A program made the translations under genes and the position numbers. 64,000 nt of DNA from the human T2T-CHM13v2.0 reference genome, Homo sapiens: NCBI RefSeq assembly GCF_009914755.1, contig NC_060934.1, one strand, 5' to 3'. Within the stretch, counting starts at the first letter, position 1. Each line of letters begins with the position of its first letter. Below the pieces are notes generated by a model. That model did not search any database and was not told where the DNA came from. It worked only from the letters and a program-made list of their open reading frames with translations. This document shows positions 12,451 through 25,665 of this stretch, one piece after another.

Positions 12451-15400
12451 TAATCTCCCTATGACATTGCCTCTTGGAGGTATTTTGCATGTATGAAAGT
12501 TGGATTGCAACAGTTTTGTCAGTTTAACAATTAATCAACATCATATTTTTTACTGAAAAACTACTTCTGATGTGGCAGAGTGCACAGTTGGAACAACATT
12601 TTTTGGGAAGTGTTTGTAATTCCAATCCACCTTTGTCTTGAGGCTCCAATTTCCCATGACTGTATGCACAGTTGTCATTTTTTTTCCAAAATAACTTTTT
12701 AATTGGATAAACAACCAAAAGAATATGACATACCTCTGGTATATAACACCAGTCCTTTGAGCTGGCTACACAAAAGTGCTTCTCTTTTTCAAGTTGATGG
12801 TATTTTGAGTTATGTTTTTGTGTGTGGTGTTGAAGACTTTGGGATGAAGAATGAAAAATCTGCTATGGAATTGCTTCATTCTAAAGCCAGAGTTCTTTTT
12901 TGAAATTTTATGCTTGTTTTAGCTTTATTAAGACAAATGGATTATGCCTGAGAATGGATTTAGTTGATTTTAGAGATATCATATCAACAGTTCCAAAGGC
13001 CAACAGGTTCCTGTATCCCAGGGCAGCTATGGTGGTATCCATTTTACTGTAGCCACTTCCCTTTAGCAATAGATCTTTGCATCACGTTTCAGCCAGGTCT
13101 GTTTGTGGCCAAATACATGGATGCAAACCCTGTCATCCTGGTCTGGGGCTTACTACTGCCCATATTTATAACTGATAGCATGTCACAGGGGTTAGAGTGG
13201 GTAATGAGACCCAGCTTGCCTAGGAGTGCATGTGTGCAGGCCTCCAGTGGGTTATGGCAGGTAATATAGATCTAGACAGGTAATGGGTCTTAACAGGATT
13301 TTAACAAAATCTCAAGTGGCAGATTTGCATGCAAGATCCAGCAAGGCTGTCAGGTCTAGAGTCTATAAGGTCTGATGTCAGCATGCCCAGCAACTTTAAA
13401 GTCCAGGGGACACCACTCAGCTTGGATTCCAACAGCCTTCAAGAATTGTCGAATTCATACTTAGGCATAAGTCTTTTTCTTTTAGCTTTGTTTTATCCTT
13501 GCTCCTGGGAATGGGCAGTCCTGGCATGAAAGGGTTGAACCTAGGCCCAATTTCAGTGGGAAAAAAGTAGAATCACAATAATTCTATTGATTTTGGACAT
13601 ATTTAATATTGATTAAAAAGAATGACTTCTGGAAACTATGTTATAAGACAAAATCTGGTAAGAAAAAAAGACTAATAACAGTTTTTCTGGTCCTTTTACC
13701 TCCTTAAAGTGTTGCTAGATGGAAAGGGGCTTTTTGGTAGAAATATTCAAGTTATTATCAAGAAATAAAATAATAGCACAACCAAAATAATAATTATCCT
13801 GCTTTGTATGTAATGACAATGCCACCCAACCCTGCAGGCTCTAGTGAAATATGCAGTTAGTGCTGGGTTGTGGGAAAGCATAGATAAACAGCGCAAAAAG
13901 GGATTCATTACCGAGTGAAGTGAATCATTTTGCTTTTCCCTGACATAAGCTGTTCTGTGTTGTACTTTGCAGCTGCAAGCCTTGCTAATTAGCTAGTACC
14001 CTGGATCTCATGCATTAAGTTCCAATGGAGCTCACCTTAAGCATTCTTCTTGATGCTAGGCAAGAGTTTTGAACATCTAGCACCATTTCTGCATATTATA
14101 ATAGCTACCATTTATTGCACGTGGTCACATTTGGTCCTCTGAGAACCCTATGGGATATGTTGTATTGTTTTTGCATTTTATAAATGAGTAAATTTCAATG
14201 AAGAGAGGTAAATCTACTTACCCAAGATCAAGGTTATGAAGCTTCAACATATCAAGATAAACCAGGGACACTGACATTCCATTGCATTTCCATTGCATTT
14301 TTTTTCTACTTGCCTATATTTATATATCTGTATATTAATCTGAACATGTCTTTTAAATATGTATAAATACATACATATTCTTACTCTTAAAACATGTTTA
14401 GTGTTTCTTTACTGTTCTGATGCTGATTCTAGCAGTGTTTTACTTGTCTGCCTAGTTGTTAGTTCAGAGATGGGCAAATCTGTAGCATGGATATCACTCC
14501 TTGTTTATCCCTTTCCTTTGGCAGACATAGCCAATCAGCCAATCAGTCTTAGCAGTCTTCACTGAGCCAGTTTCAACCTCATTATCTTTTCCACCCATCA
14601 CTCTAGACAGGCATGACCAATAGATTGGTTTTGGCTCTCAAGTTAAATCTCTTTGTTATTCCTGTACAAACATTTATTTTTGTCTCAGCCATGTCTTATA
14701 GCACAAGGATGAACAACATTTACCTCAGTCTCCTCTCTGATATCCAACTCATATGACATCTTTACTTCCAAAGAGCAATGGTAACAGTAAACAAGTACAT
14801 TTCATGGTGTTTTGGATTCTCTCCCTTATTATATTCCATTTTAATTTAACATTCACAAGATAAAAGTCGATTCATCTCTAGACTTTTTCCATAAGGAAGC
14901 TTTTATTTTTTGATGGAGCAATGTTCATGGAGAATGCTACATATTCACTGCTATAATTTAACAATTTGTTCTTACCAGATTTGAGAAATTTTAACCTCAA
15001 TATTGTTGCTTTTTGTTCCATTACCAAAGTAAAATATTTTGTAAATTTATACATCAATCAGCATCACCGTATTTTGTTTCCAAACATGCTAAAGGCTATT
15101 TATCTTTATTCTGCAGTAGCCATGGTAATTTAGAAGAAAATGAACATGTAGGAAGTTATCTATATAAGTTGTTGCCTTTCATGTCATTTAGTAATGGTTG
15201 TGGTGAAACTAATGACTAATGAAGGGTTGTTTTTTTCTTTTTTTCATTTTAGGATGATTAGCCAGATCCAAAAATATGATTTTATCAGCAGGTTATATTT
15301 TTATGTTTTGATTTTACTATTTCATATCTAATCTAATTAGGCAATATCCCTTAGCTAATGCTATAGACTTCTTAATTTTAATTTGTGCAACTCTTCGACC

Positions 15401-16089
15401 CATCTTTTTTGAACGTCAACAAGAAAGGAAAGCCATTTGTTGCGTACCTCACCCAGGTCAAGAGGCTGACCTTCACCATTTTTCAGGCACAGAAATGGAG
15501 CTCTGGCACTTATATCCCTTGGGAGAAACCTAGTGACAGCAGGTATACGAGAGGCCAATTGATCTCTCAGTGTCCAGAGACCACCAGTCCCTTTATTTAA
15601 GCATTTAGGTTATTAACTTTACAGGACAGCCACTATCCTCTAAAATTCATTTTGATAATTGTGACATCTCACATCATCAAGTGGAGATTTGACCAATATT
15701 TAGCTTATTTTATCATTATGGGTAACATTACAGAATAGCTAAACTTGCAGATATTTCACAGGGTCAAGTCTTGGATCTGAAAAAGTTACTTAACCTCTCT
15801 TTTATCATCTGTAAAATGGGACAATAAAAATAGAAACTTCAATGGGATGTTGTGAGAATTAAGATAATAAAAAAGAAATATTTATAAGAATCTATGGTGA
15901 ATATTAAGTCTGCAATAAGTTATAATTATTTTCAGTTTAGACAAGATTTTTATTTTGTACCTTGACTTTCCATACACAATGCCGTTCTATTTATAAAATA
16001 ACACCAAGTTGAAATAGGTTCCACATTACTGTATTCAAATCCATATGAATTGAGGTTTACTTAATTTTGATGTTTTCTCTCTAATTCTA

Positions 16090-16580
16090 AAACTTTTTAA
16101 ATTATAAAAGAAAGGTGTTTATTTTAGAATATATGTTACCAAAAAGATAAACTTAAAATATTTTAAAATTCCATGTAGAAAGTCACTATTTTGTTTTGTA
16201 ACCTTTGAGTCTTCTCCTGTTTGTATAGAAGAATATATGTATATACTTTTTTAAAAGTGTAATTACACAGTTCATGATGTTCAAATATATTATGAACATC
16301 TAAGTCTTTAAACACTATTTTACAACATAGTTTTAATGATTGCATAGTATTCTATAGTGTAAATATAATGGCATTTAAGTTATCCAATACTGTTGGACAT
16401 TTGGTATTTGAGTTATTTCTTTTTTCTATGTATCCTTCTCTCTCATTCATGATTACAAACTACTCTGCAGTGAATACTTCTTATACTTATGTCATTGTAC
16501 ACATTTTAAGTCATTTCCTTAGGATAAAAATTCATAAACATAGAATTATTTCATCAAAGAGTATATGCATTTTAATATCT
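16090..16580 (-). mobile_element. Ancient L1 (L1ME-like) 3' fragment
   Basis: 'ttttaatgattgcatagtattctat...ctgttggacattt...gcagtgaata...atttccttaggataaa...agaattatt..tcaaagagtatatgcatttt'. Confidence 0.7.
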
Positions 16581-16599
16581 TAATGAAAAGTGATTTTTA

Positions 16600-17568
16600 A
16601 AAAAAAATGTTATAGAACATGATCTAGTGTCATTTTTTATTTCCAATTTTGTTAACTTCCATATGCATGTTTTGCTTGAGTACCTGAATAAATCTTTTTG
16701 TATCTTAGCAAGGACTATTATTTTTCTTATTCTACATTTTTTCCTTTGAATTATATTTTTACCTACTTGTAATTTTCTGGTTGTCTTCCAGGAATAAATA
16801 AATTATACATATGCAGGATATTCTTTGCTTGTCTTTTATATTTATCATTTTCTCTCTTATGCTTCCCAATTCTTTTTTTAATTTTATTTATTTTTATATT
16901 TTTCTCATTTAATCTGTTTCTCTTGGTGTTTTTTCCAACACATTTCATGGTGTTTTGGATTCTTTCCCTTGTTACATTCCATTTTTATTTAACTTCTATG
17001 TTCTCTTTGGTTCCTTCCATTTTTTTCTTCATTTCTTTCAAGGCTTTGTTTTATTTTAATAATTCTTTCCTGACTTCTACCAGATCACATTTCATCATCT
17101 CCTTTTGTCTTACCACTTCATTTCTGAGGTCTTGGATTTCTGCTTTGGGCAAACAGTGTCTCAGGGTGAGCCAGGAATCGGGGTGGGGAGTTGAGGGAGT
17201 GGAGTAGGAGAAGAGGCCAAGTTATGTTTCCAGACTTTCTAATTTTATACCATAGACAGTGCTTCTACAAATGTGCTTCCTCTGCTTGACTTTGTGTGTG
17301 CATGTACATCCCCACTACTTCTACGGTCAATTATATTATTTTCTCTTCCATTAATTAGCTGTATGTCTGCATTTTAGAGCGTGCCCCTCACTTTCAGGGA
17401 GAATTTTCACCTTCTGAGATCTCTTGGTGCAAGGCACACTTGCCATTGCAGTTTCTATACTTTTTACTTCATCTTTTGTCACTCTTCCCTGATCTCAGTC
17501 TTTACACAAATTTTAAAGTCTGAAGATTGTTTCCTACTTCTGTTAAAAATGAGTTTTGCAAGGCCCTG

Positions 17569-17612
<44 letters not shown>

Positions 17613-17660
17613 TCTCTTTATTCCTTTTGCTTCCTTTTGGATGCTTTCCAGAAAGAGGAA
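16600..17660 (-). mobile_element. Possible HAL1/L1 ORF1-derived antisense fragment
   Basis: Long, strongly T/pyrimidine-skewed tract adjoining the L1ME piece; family assignment uncertain. Confidence 0.35.
17574..17611. repeat. (TA)n microsatellite, one interruption
   Basis: Seen directly. Confidence 0.95.
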
Positions 17661-19064
17661 GTGGAAATTTTAATTAAATTAAAATGTTTATATGAGAAGT
17701 CCAAACTACTTAATATTGTTCTAATTATTTAATCAGAATTGCTTTGAAATAGTTGCTAGAAATCTTGATAATCTTGGCTTGGTATGAATCAAATCATATA
17801 GAATATGATTCTGTATTTTAAAAATCCAAATATATGAAGTTCACTGTTAAAGTTTTAGCAAGGGAAGCTCCCATCTGGACCTTTCCTGGAAAATGTGTAA
17901 AAGGAACTTTTAAAACTGGTTCCACCTGTAAATAAGGGCAATGAAGTAAGTCCCATTTAATTTGAAAAACTTGGCTATTTCTTGAGAACAGGATACCTGC
18001 AAGAAAATATAATTTTACTACAAAATGACAACGTTAAAATCTTAAGTTGTAAAAATAGACTAGAGTTATTTAAAAGTTGACCTTTTTTCCTTGTATTGGT
18101 TTCTCTCAGACATTCAGATTTTACCATGTATTTGCTTGTCTTACCACCCAAATTCCTGAATTTGTTTCTGAGTGTTTGGCTGTTAAGTGAATAGCTTGGG
18201 CAAACCAAATTCAAATTATTTAGGTAGAAATTAGAATAATTTATTTTCATGCCTCAGTGATGGGTCTAAAATGTGGCCCATCATTCTTCTAATAAATTAT
18301 CAATATTGTGAATTTCCTATTACAGTTCTACAGACATTTGTTGTTTCTCAGAACATAAGGCTACAATGCCTAAATATCATAGCTGATATAAAGTTTAGAA
18401 TGAACAATAGGAATTCTCTCCTCTTTTATGAAAAGATTATTTTTTTATGTGCTTCAGTTCCACTAGGATGGTTAAAATTACCCAAAACTTGTTAGATCTT
18501 GCTTGTTTTGATTTCTTGAATATATTTGACCTATGAGACAAAAGTTACTCTGCTGATAGGGAAGAAAATTATGTAATTAAGCTTTCATTTGTGTCATGGT
18601 TCTTATTGGCACAATGCTTTCATGTTTCTGTCCTCTGTTGCTCCTAAGTTTAGTACAATGTGAATGGAAAATTAGGAGTATAGAATTTTCCTAGTTGATT
18701 TAGTCTGAGGCTCTAAACACTTAATGCCATTTTGTGGCACTATACGATGAACACTGACAAGGAAATGAAGGGATGACTGAGACAGCTGTGTTTATTGGCT
18801 GCCCTCAGTCTTGTCTTTATAAAGGATCTTTTAGTTATAACTGACCTCAGCTAGCCATGGGCTATTTTTTGATGACACAGATTCTAAGGAGAATAGCACA
18901 CGTGAGTAACTTTAGAAATACATGAGGCTTTTCATGTACTTTTTCCATCTTGACAAACAACTATATACCACAATTATAGGCTACTTTATTTCAGAGTCTC
19001 TTTTACATTAATAAAAACTAAACAAAGTAGTTTTTCAATGTCTATCTTATGTGATATATAAGAT

Positions 19065-19117
19065 CATATATCATGTTTAATGATCATGTATCATGTTTTC
19101 ATTAAACATGATATATG
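19065..19117. repeat. Perfect 19-bp inverted repeat with 15-nt spacer
   Basis: CATATATCATGTTTAATGA (19065-19083) is the reverse complement of TCATTAAACATGATATATG (19099-19117). Confidence 0.95.
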
Positions 19118-20409
19118 TTCAAGTATATTTCCCATGTGTCAGCTTTTTATTTTTTCAAGATACAATTGCAACAAATTGATGAATAAAACCACGACAAGAA
19201 GATCCTTCAGAAAACAACTCGAGACACAGTCACATTTTAAAATGACAAAATATTTAGTACTTGAAATTGTGGGAGCCTGGTGTTCCTGGTTGGGGTATGG
19301 CTGACATTCTAGAGGGTGACTGTGGTGGGTATCCTAAGTGTACACAAATTAAAAGACCCCAGAGGATAAGTTTGTGTCTAATCCCAAAGAAAACTCAAGG
19401 CAATGGAACATAGTTACCACATTCCAAGGGCAAAGACCTGGGCCAAATTCAGGCAAATTCAAGGCTCAGAATCTCCAAAAGAACTGAAATGAAAAAGAGC
19501 AAAAAGAAAATGCAATAGGATGCCAAATCATTTATGAAGGAAGCAGAGTGTCTGCAGTTTAGCTTATTAAGTATCTCCCTTTTGTGGGAGAGGGTTGGGC
19601 TGCACTAATGTATCACTGGAAAGTATTACTCTGGACCCAGCCCATTAAGAAAGTCATAACCTATTGAGGGTCTCAGAATAACAGTGCTATCATGAGGTGA
19701 CAAGGCCCTTTAGGAAAGGGAAATTTGGCATCTCAAGCTCTTCTTTGAGGAGCATGCCGAGATCCAGGAAAAAAACTCTCTTTAGGAAAAGAGGATGCTC
19801 ATCTTTTCCAGGCCCGTATATTCTTTATGGTACTCATAGCAAACTGAATTTCCAGGTTTTAAAAAATATTTCCTTAGTCAAAATAACTTCTTGCTCTTGA
19901 AAGTTTTGAGTTTTCTGACTTCTATAAAACAAACAGAAACATATGTTCTTATTAGGAACAAAGTAGGTATATAGGTAAGAAAGACACAGGGAACCGAATT
20001 AAAGAAACAGTAAGGTTTTTAGGCAGACATGCAGGTATTTTAGCCATTTTGCTTTATGGTACTACAAAATTCCTATGAGCAAATAAGGTGGTGGAGAATA
20101 AAACTAGTTCCCTGTGGCCCATGGAGCTCACCCATATTTTGTTTTTAATATTAAGGCTCTAAAACCCATATTTATAAACACAAAATGCAGAAGTTGCATA
20201 ATAAACTCCTGTGTCCCAGTTGTTTGTTTATTCATTCAACAAATATTTATTGAATGCCTATTAAACACATGGCCCCATTTGAGGACATAGCCTGAATCAG
20301 ATATCATTTCTGCATAGTTACTAATATATCTGGAATTAAATTAAAATATTATGAATGTAGAATTATAATTAAAAAGAGAACAAGACTAATTATATAAACA
20401 ATAAATGAA

Positions 20410-20630
20410 TATGCATTTAGAGCCTAGGTGTTGAACACTGTGCTATATATTTTGTATTTATTTATTAGCTCACGTCATCCAAATGACTCTGTAAGGGTGG
20501 CCTACTGTGCCCATTATGCAGGGAGAAAACTGAAGATTATAGTTGTGGAGTGCCTTACCTAAGGCTACAGAAATAACAGGCAGGGTCCAGATTTTAACTC
20601 AGATCTTCCGACTCTTTGTCCAGTAACCTA
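20410..20630 (-). mobile_element. MIR
   Basis: 'aacactgtgcta...cccattatgcagggagaaaactgaag...gccttacctaaggctacag...agattttaactcagatct'. Confidence 0.75.
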
Positions 20631-21329
20631 CTATACATGCGCCTTAGAAATGTGAAGTCAAAGCAGTTGGTTATGTGTGTGAGTGGTTATATGTGTGACT
20701 AAACACTTGAGTTCATACGTAACAACATTGTTGTTGTCATATCTATAGTCTAGAAGTAGTTCATCTTTTGTTTTTTATATTTCAACTTTTATTAGTAACT
20801 GTACAACTAATTACATGATTACTTGTCTGCAAGTAAATAATAACTAAATAAGTGAGTAAAAAGAAGTAAACATAGAATGTAATACTAAATACCTGAAGCT
20901 GGCCTACAGATGATGGATTATGAAAATTATTGCACTGAGGTCTATAATTGAGCAAACTGAGCAAATGAATGCAGCAGTATTATGATAAAAATCTAGACAA
21001 TCATAAATGGCTGCTGAGAAACTGATGCAAGAAAGAGATTAGCAAGGTAGATGGGTACTAATGGGAGTGAGAATGCAAACATAGTATGGACTAAATGTGA
21101 ATAAACAACTCATAGGGCCAGTGAGAGACATGGTATAGTGGAAGACAGGAAGATAGGCTAAAAAAAGACCTAAAGAACCAGCTGCTCTAGGTTGTTCCTT
21201 TGCCTGAAATGCTGGACAAATCTGGGAAGACCCAGGAGTTCTCTTTCTTTGTGCTCTCTTTCCTTTGTTCTTCTGATTTTGATCTTGATTAATATTTACA
21301 TATAGGACAGTGGTTGAGATTTATATTTT

Positions 21330-21575
21330 TATTCTGTGGAATCACAGAGCTGGGTTTGAATATGAGTTTTGCCACTGATCGACAGTGAAGTGCAGAGCAT
21401 GTTATTTAAATGTTTTGAACCTCCACTTTTTCTTTGTAAAATAAAAGTACAAATCCTTCCCATATTGTCATTGTGTAAATATGAGAAGAAGAAATGAAAC
21501 AAAGGGTGTAATGTCTCTACTATGGAGCCAGACATGTTATGGATGAACAATAATATGTGGTTGTTACAATTATTA
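21330..21575 (+). mobile_element. MIR
   Basis: 'gagctgggtttgaat...gccactga...gttatttaa...cctccactttttctttgtaaaat'. Confidence 0.75.
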
Positions 21576-21808
21576 TGCTCAGGTGATCACACTGGGTTCC
21601 CATACCTTCGGTCTTTCCCTGGTTCACTAGAATGCTTTGGCTAATACAGTACAGCAGGGGCTGGAAAATAGTAGGCTAAACTGTTATACCTTGATATATT
21701 CCTCCTAAGATTTGTTTATCAGTTTGAGCTCATTGAATCTCTGACCATCCAGATTATTAACAGAAAATATTAGTCCTCAAACTAAATATAACTCTGAGAA
21801 ATTAAGAA

Positions 21809-21881
21809 ATTTCTCAGAAAATAATACTCAGTGTGGTTTCCTGAGAACCAGAACCACATTGGGTATTGTTCTCTGAGAAAT
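21809..21881 (+). other. Long RNA-like hairpin: 31-bp stem, 11-nt loop
   Basis: Pairing 21809-21839 with 21851-21881 gives 26 Watson-Crick pairs, 4 G:U and 1 A:C mismatch. Confidence 0.85.
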
Positions 21882-21884
21882 AGT

Positions 21885-22095
21885 TTACCATAGTGGAGCT
21901 AAGATTGCTTTTGTTTGAATCTCCTTTTTTCTACTCACCACCTGCATAACTGTGGGTAAATTATATAACTTCTAAGCCTCAGTTTCTCCATATGTAAGAA
22001 AAGTGAAATAGTGCTTACCTTGTAGGTTTGTGGTGAAGAATAAATGCGTGTAAATAATTGGAGCAGTGTCTGGCTCATAGTAAGCATTCAAAATA
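21885..22095 (+). mobile_element. MIR
   Basis: 'tgggtaaattatataacttctaagcctcagtttctccatatgtaa...gcagtgtctggctcatagtaagcattcaa'. Confidence 0.85.
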
Positions 22096-22174
22096 TAATT
22101 AGGTGAAGTTAAACTTAATTTTATCCCTTATTTCCATCCATTTTGTTTTCTAACTGTCAAAGTAATATGGTGAT

Positions 22175-22405
22175 GATTATTATTATGATGATAATTTATT
22201 GAGACTTATTAGTGGCCAGATACTGTGCTAAATGCTTTTTAATGCCTTATCTTATTTAATCCTCATACCAAACCTGGATGATATTACCATTATCCTCATT
22301 TTATAGACCATCAAACTGAGGCTTAGAGGTATTCAGCAACTTGACCAATCTACGTAAGTATCAGAGCCACTACTAGAACCCAGAGTAAGACTACAGTGCC
22401 TTAAC
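22175..22405 (-). mobile_element. MIR
   Basis: 'atttattgagactta...ccagatactgtgctaaatgctt...tatttaatcctca...aaactgaggcttagag'. Confidence 0.85.
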
Positions 22406-23469
22406 TCAATCTTATAAAGAAGATTGCTTATTTGATGAGTTGGGGAAGGTCTATTACATCCCCTAGGCATAGTGAGTTTTTCCAGCCTTCCTACTAGAAT
22501 TTTGGATCTACTTTAATACAAAATGAACAGCAAATAAAGTATCATTCTGTGGGTCATACTGAAGAGGGCCCTCCTTAGGTCAGTGGTTTTGAGGTTACTA
22601 AAATTCCACTGAATCTGTAGTGCAGATGTTATTATAAGAATTTCTCCACCTGACTGATGATGCCTGTGGACTAGAGCCATGCACATATGCTGAAAAACTT
22701 CCCATTTCCTCCTAATTCTAGATTTAAATACTATCCCTCAAGCTATTGTACTTCATTAAAAAAAAAAATTACACATAGAGATGTCCAGTATTTCTATATA
22801 AGTAATGTAGGGTAGAATTATTTCTATCAAGAAATAAAGCATGCATTTCCAAATCATCAGCTTTATTTGCCATTTTGAAATAAAATCCATAATATTTAAT
22901 GAAACAGGGAAGACCACATGACCTTTGGAAGCTTTCTTAGCCTCTCTGCATTTCATTTTTCTTATCTGTAAAATAGAATGGGTTGAGATGGGACTCTATT
23001 AAACTTTGAAATTCTAAAACTCTTGACACAAAAAGTTGTGATTCATATATGTGACTATTTTAGAATAAGAAATCTCAACAGAAAAAAATGTAGTCTGGAC
23101 TTTTATTTAAAATTCCATTCTAAAATATTCTTCAGACTTATTTAATGTCCTACCGAAAGATTAGAAATGTTACTGGGGAGTTAGGAAAGTGAGCCTGAAG
23201 AGGAAAATAATCTGATTAAAACATTTTTATTGCAATAAAAGAAAAAAACCATGAGTATTTTACCCAGTAAAGAGATTTTCATCTTAAAAAGGAAATGTTT
23301 ATTAACCCAAATTAACTTCTAAATTAATGGATTATCAGTCAATATGATAAAGAGAAGTAAAAAATTGTGGTCTTGGAAAAAGGGACCACTTGGAGGCAGG
23401 AGGATTTGTAGAGAGGAAGCCTAGTAACATCACGTAGAATGGCCATTCATATCTGGAAGTCTACCTTTC

Positions 23470-23850
23470 AAGTCATTCATTCATTCACTCACTCACCCAT
23501 TCAGTCTTGTTTATTTATTGAGCATTTGTTGGAAAAATCTGGTCTCTACCAATTTTGTAGTTTAGTGGAGGAAAACAGAGAAGTAAACCAATCATTTTAA
23601 TATAGCTATTTAAATGTTAGAATAAAGCTAAAGTCAGGGTTCTCAGTTAGTAAAAGGACATCTAATTTAGCTGAGATCATGGAATCTTTACTAGGGAAAT
23701 TCATACTTAAATTAGGTTTGAAAGATGAATGGGAGTTGACATTGACTAGTGCTCAGTAATTATTAGTTGAATGACAGAAATGGTAGAGAAGGAAGTCATG
23801 AAGACTAAGCGAGTATGACAGTTTGGGGAATGAAGGTACTTGAATATAGC
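23470..23850 (-). mobile_element. L2 3' fragment
   Basis: (CATT)n tail 'tcattcattcattcactcactc...tttattgagc' followed by L2-like body. Confidence 0.65.
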
Positions 23851-23861
23851 TCGAGCATAGA

Positions 23862-24061
23862 GTAGCTTTTATCAGTATGCCTCAGAAACCATCTACATCA
23901 AAATCACCTGGAGGTACTGTTGAATATGCAGATTTCTGTGTCCCACCCTATATACACTGATTCAGAGTCAAGAGTAGGGTCAGGGGATCTTGACCTTTTT
24001 AATAAGCATTGTATCACAAGGTGGATTGTTATTATATATATAATAATGTTAAGAACCACTG
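23862..24061. mobile_element. MER5A/B
   Basis: 'catcaaaatcacctggagg...atgcagatttctg...ctgattcaga...ttttaataagc...ttaagaaccactg' (TIR end). Confidence 0.75.
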
Positions 24062-24842
24062 CCGCAGATTTTATATTAGAAATTAATGAAACTACATTAT
24101 TTGCATTTTATCATGCTGTCCTTCAAAACTATAGATCATCTGCGCCATCAGTGCCAACATCTTTTGGACACCTAACTGTCAGGAGTTGTGGAAGGGAGCT
24201 CCTGTATGAAATGTTTGTTTGTAAATTAATATAAATTAGGAGTAAATTAGTTGTTTTACTTTGTGAGAAAAAGACTAGCCTTCAAAACCAAACCTCCAAC
24301 TATTGATTCTTATCCCTGGATCCAACTTCCCTGTTGCTGGTCATCAGAGATCATAAGCCAAGGAGAAAAAGGTTAATGTTCTCAAAATGTGTAGTAACTT
24401 TACTCTGTTTGATCCATCCACCCACAACTTTTCTCAGCCCCTAATTCAAGCCAGCAAATCTGCACATTTGTGCCTATAATCACAAGACAGACCAGATGCG
24501 AAGGAGGACATAAATTGATGACATTTCTTAGGAAAGCAACACCCTAAAACTTCACTGCAAGACTCTTGCTGGGGCAGGTCAGGAACACTGTCTTTGTAAA
24601 TTGTTCAGAATGAAAGCAGAATGTTTTCTCCTTAGTAGTCTTAAATTATGACCTTCTATTAATTCAAATTCATTAATTTCAAATTGTTTTTCATATCTCT
24701 TAACTATGTTATCACTTTTTCTCATATTTCACCCCTTTGGTAATATGTGAGATTATGTTTAAAAAACCACATCTATTATTCTACAAAATATGGTGTATTT
24801 TGGCACACAGTAGAAGATTAGTATTTAGTATCAAGGTTCAAC

Positions 24843-25069
24843 TTTTTTTTTAGTTTTTTTTTTTTTCAATTATACTTTAAGCTCTGGGGTACATGTGCTG
24901 AATGAGCAGGTTTGTTACATAGGTATACATGTGCCATGGTGGTTTGCTGCACCTATCAACCTGTCATCTGCATTAGGTATTTCTCCTAATGCTATCCCTT
25001 CCCTAGCACCCAACCCCCTGACAGGCCCCAGTGTGTGATGTTCTGCTACCTGTGTCCATGTGTTCTCAT
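24843..25069 (-). mobile_element. L1PA7/8-like 3' end, heavily truncated
   Basis: Poly-T then 'ttatactttaagctctggggtacatgtg...catgtgccatggtggtttgctgcacc...tgtgtccatgtgttctca'. Confidence 0.92.
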
Positions 25070-25277
25070 AATGAAGTTTCTGTGTACAAATTTTATGGGA
25101 GTAATTATCCTCTGTTGAATATTGTAAAACTTGCCATCGTTTATTTTACCCATGGCCTGCTTTTTAGGTAGAAATGAGTTTCAACAGTCCTAGAACTTTT
25201 TGTCTCTATCTAGGTTACATTGAATGAAAAAATTTATTTGTGTTCAGATTGTCATATTTTAGTAGTTTTTCGGTGTG

Positions 25278-25665
25278 TGTATCTTAGTTTGTTTTGTGAT
25301 GCTATAACAGAATACTACAGACTTGGTAATTTATAATAAACATAAATTTATTGACTCACGGTTCTAGAGGCTGAGAAGTCAAAGATCGAGGGCCCAGCAT
25401 CTTGCAAGAGCCTTCTTGTTGCATCATCTCATGGTGGAAGAGCAAAGAAAGGATGGGAGAGAGAAAGCGGGAACCAAAAGTTCTTGTATAAAGACCCCAC
25501 TCTGGTGACAATGAAATCACTCTCCAGATAATGGTATTAATCCACTCATGAGGGCAGAGTCTTCATGGCCTAATAACCTCTTAAAAGTCTCACCTCTTGT
25601 CACTGTTGCATTGGGATTAAATTTCCAACACGTGAACTTTGGAGGGACACGTTCAAACCGTAGAC
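25278..25665 (-). mobile_element. MSTD/MST MaLR solo LTR
   Basis: 'tcttagtttgttttgtgatgctataacagaatac...ggttctagaggctgagaagtc...attaatccactcatgagggcagag...ggacacgttcaaaccgtag'. Confidence 0.88.

Noticed and set aside
15253-15291. Strong acceptor followed by a possible 39-nt exon
   Set aside because: The donor CAG|gttata is weak and the tract may simply be T-rich background
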